Below are positions 45,635 to 48,019 of a stretch of DNA of 48,019 nucleotides, piece by piece. Under the pieces are notes generated by a model. That model saw only the letters and a list, made by a program, of their open reading frames with translations. It was not told the DNA's origin and made no database searches. Numbering within the stretch: position 1 is the first letter of the stretch; every line of letters begins with the position of its first letter. Source of the DNA: an uncultured Candidatus Saccharibacteria bacterium (GTDB taxonomy: Bacteria; Patescibacteriota; Minisyncoccia; Phycocordibacterales; Phycocordibacteraceae). The position numbers were made by a program, and so were the translations under genes. Location: NCBI GenBank assembly GCA_964438675.1, contig CAYTKJ010000001.1:1-48019 (forward strand). Reading direction: 5' to 3'.

Positions 45635-46075
45635 CTACGGACCAACGTCGTAGCAGTAACGATTTGCCTCGTCACTACAGCCGTCAGCGTCAGGACCATC
45701 AACCACGGTACCATCAGTGTCAAGATCGGAGCGAAGTGCTTGACTTGCTGAATCTTCGAGGTTAGCTCCGAGGTGGTAGCTGGCACCTGCGTTGAGCCGC
45801 TCGTACGGATACGCTACCTGTCCAACTGGATCAGTTGGGATCGTCGCAATATACGTTGTTGCAAGTTCTGATAGTGCAGATGGATACGTCGACGATGCAT
45901 CATAGTAGAGCTGCATCGCAAGCTGAATCTGCTTGATATCTGCAACACGGCGGGCATCACGGCTCTTCTGACGAGCGGTGTTGAGCGATGCAAGCACAAT
46001 TGATGACAAGATACCGATGATGGCGATAACCACCAAGAGCTCAATAAGGGTAAAGCCTTTAAAACTTTTCTTCAT
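45635..46075 (-). CDS. pilA: Type IV major pilin candidate
   Basis: MKKSFKG/FTLIELLVVIAIIGILSS. 146 aa, with a C-terminal Cys pair. It is followed by a strong terminator, as is typical for major pilin genes. Confidence 0.85.
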   Translation of the reverse strand: MKKSFKGFTLIELLVVIAIIGILSSIVLASLNTARQKSRDARRVADIKQIQLAMQLYYDASSTYPSALSELATTYIATIPTDPVGQVAYPYERLNAGASYHLGANLEDSASQALRSDLDTDGTVVDGPDADGCSDEANRYCYDVGP

Positions 46076-46138
46076 GGATAATTGTTACGTTGTAAAATGT
46101 ACTAAAAGACCAGCAAAGGTCACATAGTTATTGTAGCC

Positions 46139-47347
46139 CTAGATGGCCGAGGAAACGTTGTAGATGGGGATAAGTACTGAGGCAAGTAAGGCACCGACAC
46201 CAAGACCGAGAAGCACAATCATGAATGGTTCAATCAGATCTACTAGCGTATCGACTGCGTTCGAAACCTCACGATTATAGAACTTGGCTAATGTCTTTAA
46301 TATAGAGCCGAGTTCTCCGGTCTCCTCACCCACCTTGATCATCGCTGTCATAATGCCAGGAACCTCAGCATGCTGTTCAAGTGAGGTTGAAATCGCCCCA
46401 CCACCCTTCACGTTTGCCGCCACATCGGCTAGTATGTTTTCAAACACAGCGCTTCCTACGACTGACGATGTGATTTCAACCGCCTGAACAACCGCAATGC
46501 CGGAGACGAGCATAGTCGCCATATTGTCTGCAATGCGCGCAAGGTACAGTTTTTTAAACAAATCTCCAATGTACGGAAGGGAGAGCAAGAAGTGATCGAA
46601 TGCTTCGCGTCCTGTCCGAGTCTGTACATAACGATACCCAAAGAATCCTCCGACCACAAGCAAAATGAGAACGAACACACCGTAGTCTGCAAAAAATGCA
46701 CTCGTGCCAATAACGACCCTTGTATAGACTGGTATTTCCTGTCCTGAGTCAATCAGAATCTGTGAAATGTTTGGAATCACAAACGTCATCATGAGTATCA
46801 TGACTATGATAAACGTCGAGATAACGAATGCGGGGTAGATCAAAGCGTTCCGCGCCTTAGACACAACTTCGTAAGAGCGATCAAGGTAGTCGGCAAGGTA
46901 CAAAAATGTCTCATCGAGTTTGCCCGCCTCTTCTCCAGCACGCACCATGTTCGTATAAAAATCTGAGAAAATTTTTGGATGCTTCGCAAGCGCCTTAGAA
47001 ATGGGCGATCCTGCTTGAATATCGTCAGCAATCGCAGTCAGTGTCCTCCGTAAGAGTGGCTTCTCAGCCTCCGACGCGAGGAGATTAAAAATCCTGAGCG
47101 CAGACACTTGAGCCTCAAATAGAGTGGCGATCTCTCGTGACAAAAGCACGATGTCCCGAGTCGCCACTGACTCAAAAAATCTAGTCTTGAGAGACAGTTT
47201 CTCACCCTCATTTGCTACCGGCTCAACGACAGACACAGACAGGCCACGTCTCTGCAACGACGAGATAGCAACGTCACGGGACACAGCATCTATTGTTCCC
47301 GCTTGCTTTTGTCCTCCCTGATCTATGGCGGTGTATTCAAATAACAT
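46139..47347 (-). CDS. pilC: Type IV pilus platform protein (GspF family)
   Basis: 402 aa with two GspF-type repeats and three TM regions, located between pilT and the pilin genes. Confidence 0.9.
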   Translation of the reverse strand: MLFEYTAIDQGGQKQAGTIDAVSRDVAISSLQRRGLSVSVVEPVANEGEKLSLKTRFFESVATRDIVLLSREIATLFEAQVSALRIFNLLASEAEKPLLRRTLTAIADDIQAGSPISKALAKHPKIFSDFYTNMVRAGEEAGKLDETFLYLADYLDRSYEVVSKARNALIYPAFVISTFIIVMILMMTFVIPNISQILIDSGQEIPVYTRVVIGTSAFFADYGVFVLILLVVGGFFGYRYVQTRTGREAFDHFLLSLPYIGDLFKKLYLARIADNMATMLVSGIAVVQAVEITSSVVGSAVFENILADVAANVKGGGAISTSLEQHAEVPGIMTAMIKVGEETGELGSILKTLAKFYNREVSNAVDTLVDLIEPFMIVLLGLGVGALLASVLIPIYNVSSAI

Positions 47348-47350
47348 AGG

Positions 47351-48019
47351 TTAGATAAGGCGCATAAACGTTTTTGGATTGAGTGAGCGCGCAATCGCAT
47401 TCTCTGGTGTAATCTCCCCACGACGAACGAGATCTGCAAGTGTTCGATTCATATCGATCATGCCGGACTCAGAACCAGTTTCAATCATGGCGTTTATTTC
47501 GTGAGTGCGCTTCTCACGTATGAGGTTTGCAATTGCTTCAGTATTGATCAGGAGCTCGTATGCCGGGATCAGTCCGCCTTGGATGCGTGGTACGAGTCGC
47601 TGAGAAAAGATTCCTGCTAGTGACGAAGCGAGCTGAATGCGGATCTGATCCTGCTGATTCCCAGGGAATGTATCGATAATACGGTCAATGGTTTGTGCGG
47701 CATTGTTCGTGTGGAGCGTTGAAAATACCAAATGCCCAGTTTCTGCTGCAGTGACTGCGGCCGACATCGTTTCGGGGCCACGCATCTCGCCAACCAGGAT
47801 AACGTCGACGTCCTGTCGAAATGCAGATTTAAGTGCCTCGTGAAAAGAGTGTGTATCTATTTTCACCTCACGCTGATTGATAATTGAGTTTTTACTCTCA
47901 TACGTATATTCGATCGGATCCTCAATCGTGACGATGTGCTCGGTGCGATCCTGATTGATTTTCTCAATCATAGCCGCCAGTGTCGTACTTTTACCCGAAC
48001 CGGTGGGGCCGGTGACTAA
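47351..48019 (-). CDS. pilT: Type IV pilus retraction ATPase PilT (partial; the N-terminus lies beyond the window end)
   Basis: The frame stays open to the window edge. It reads LVTGPTGSGKSTTLAAMI (Walker A), FRQDVDVILVGEMRG and TGHLVFSTLHTN. About 205 aa follow Walker A, which fits PilT rather than PilB. Confidence 0.88.
   Translation of the reverse strand, partial: LVTGPTGSGKSTTLAAMIEKINQDRTEHIVTIEDPIEYTYESKNSIINQREVKIDTHSFHEALKSAFRQDVDVILVGEMRGPETMSAAVTAAETGHLVFSTLHTNNAAQTIDRIIDTFPGNQQDQIRIQLASSLAGIFSQRLVPRIQGGLIPAYELLINTEAIANLIREKRTHEINAMIETGSESGMIDMNRTLADLVRRGEITPENAIARSLNPKTFMRLI

Noticed and set aside
45571-45786. Long version of the second pilin ORF (229 aa, starting at 45786).
   Set aside because: Its first roughly 72 codons overlap the first pilin gene and run through the strong terminator hairpin. 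The prepilin leader MIHTMRVTRG/FTLIE starts at 45570.

Overview
This is an almost fully coding 48-kb chromosomal segment with about 55 CDS and 2 tRNA genes. I found no rRNA and no CRISPR array. The genetic code is standard, since TGA terminates ligA and gatA. Gene order, left to right: RNase J; an MFS transporter; tandem MutY-like and Nth glycosylases; bcp; an IS200-like Y1 (HUH) transposase; a flavin amine oxidase; msrB-msrA; a minimal histidine kinase and receiver pair; DUF1905; an ABC exporter; typA; a SAM methyltransferase; DUF1653; folB; a single-chain PheRS; a processive GT2 synthase with a membrane thioredoxin-like protein; tRNA-Thr; tsf-rpsB-prfA-rpmE. Next comes a five-gene cell-surface block: a coiled-coil lytic transglycosylase followed by two paralogous pairs, each a membrane-anchored PD40-like protein plus a large secreted CARDB/Ig/PKD mosaic protein. 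After that: rplY; an FAD oxidase; a sugar-phosphate string (PfkB kinase, histidine phosphatase, split transketolase, rpe, rpiB, gap); tRNA-Met with an adjacent GIY-YIG gene; gatA-gatC; ligA; and a type IV pilus cluster (four minor-pilin-like genes, pilD, two pilins, pilC, partial pilT). The combination points to a reduced-genome bacterium of the Candidate Phyla Radiation/Patescibacteria type: split transketolase, a 193-aa EF-Ts, a mitochondrial-type PheRS, Nth/MutY homologues lacking the Fe-S cysteines, a type IV pilus, Thr/Ser-rich giant surface proteins and very little biosynthesis. This lineage call is inference only. The leads I rank highest: (1) the duplicated anchor-plus-adhesin module with a shared C-terminal AP[KT]F[EQ]EI tail; (2) two tRNA genes flanked by fragments of themselves, one carrying a GIY-YIG gene, with hairpins at the junctions; (3) the single-chain PheRS; (4) a Y1 transposase bracketed by inverted palindromes. 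All product calls rest on motif recognition by eye, because no database search was possible.
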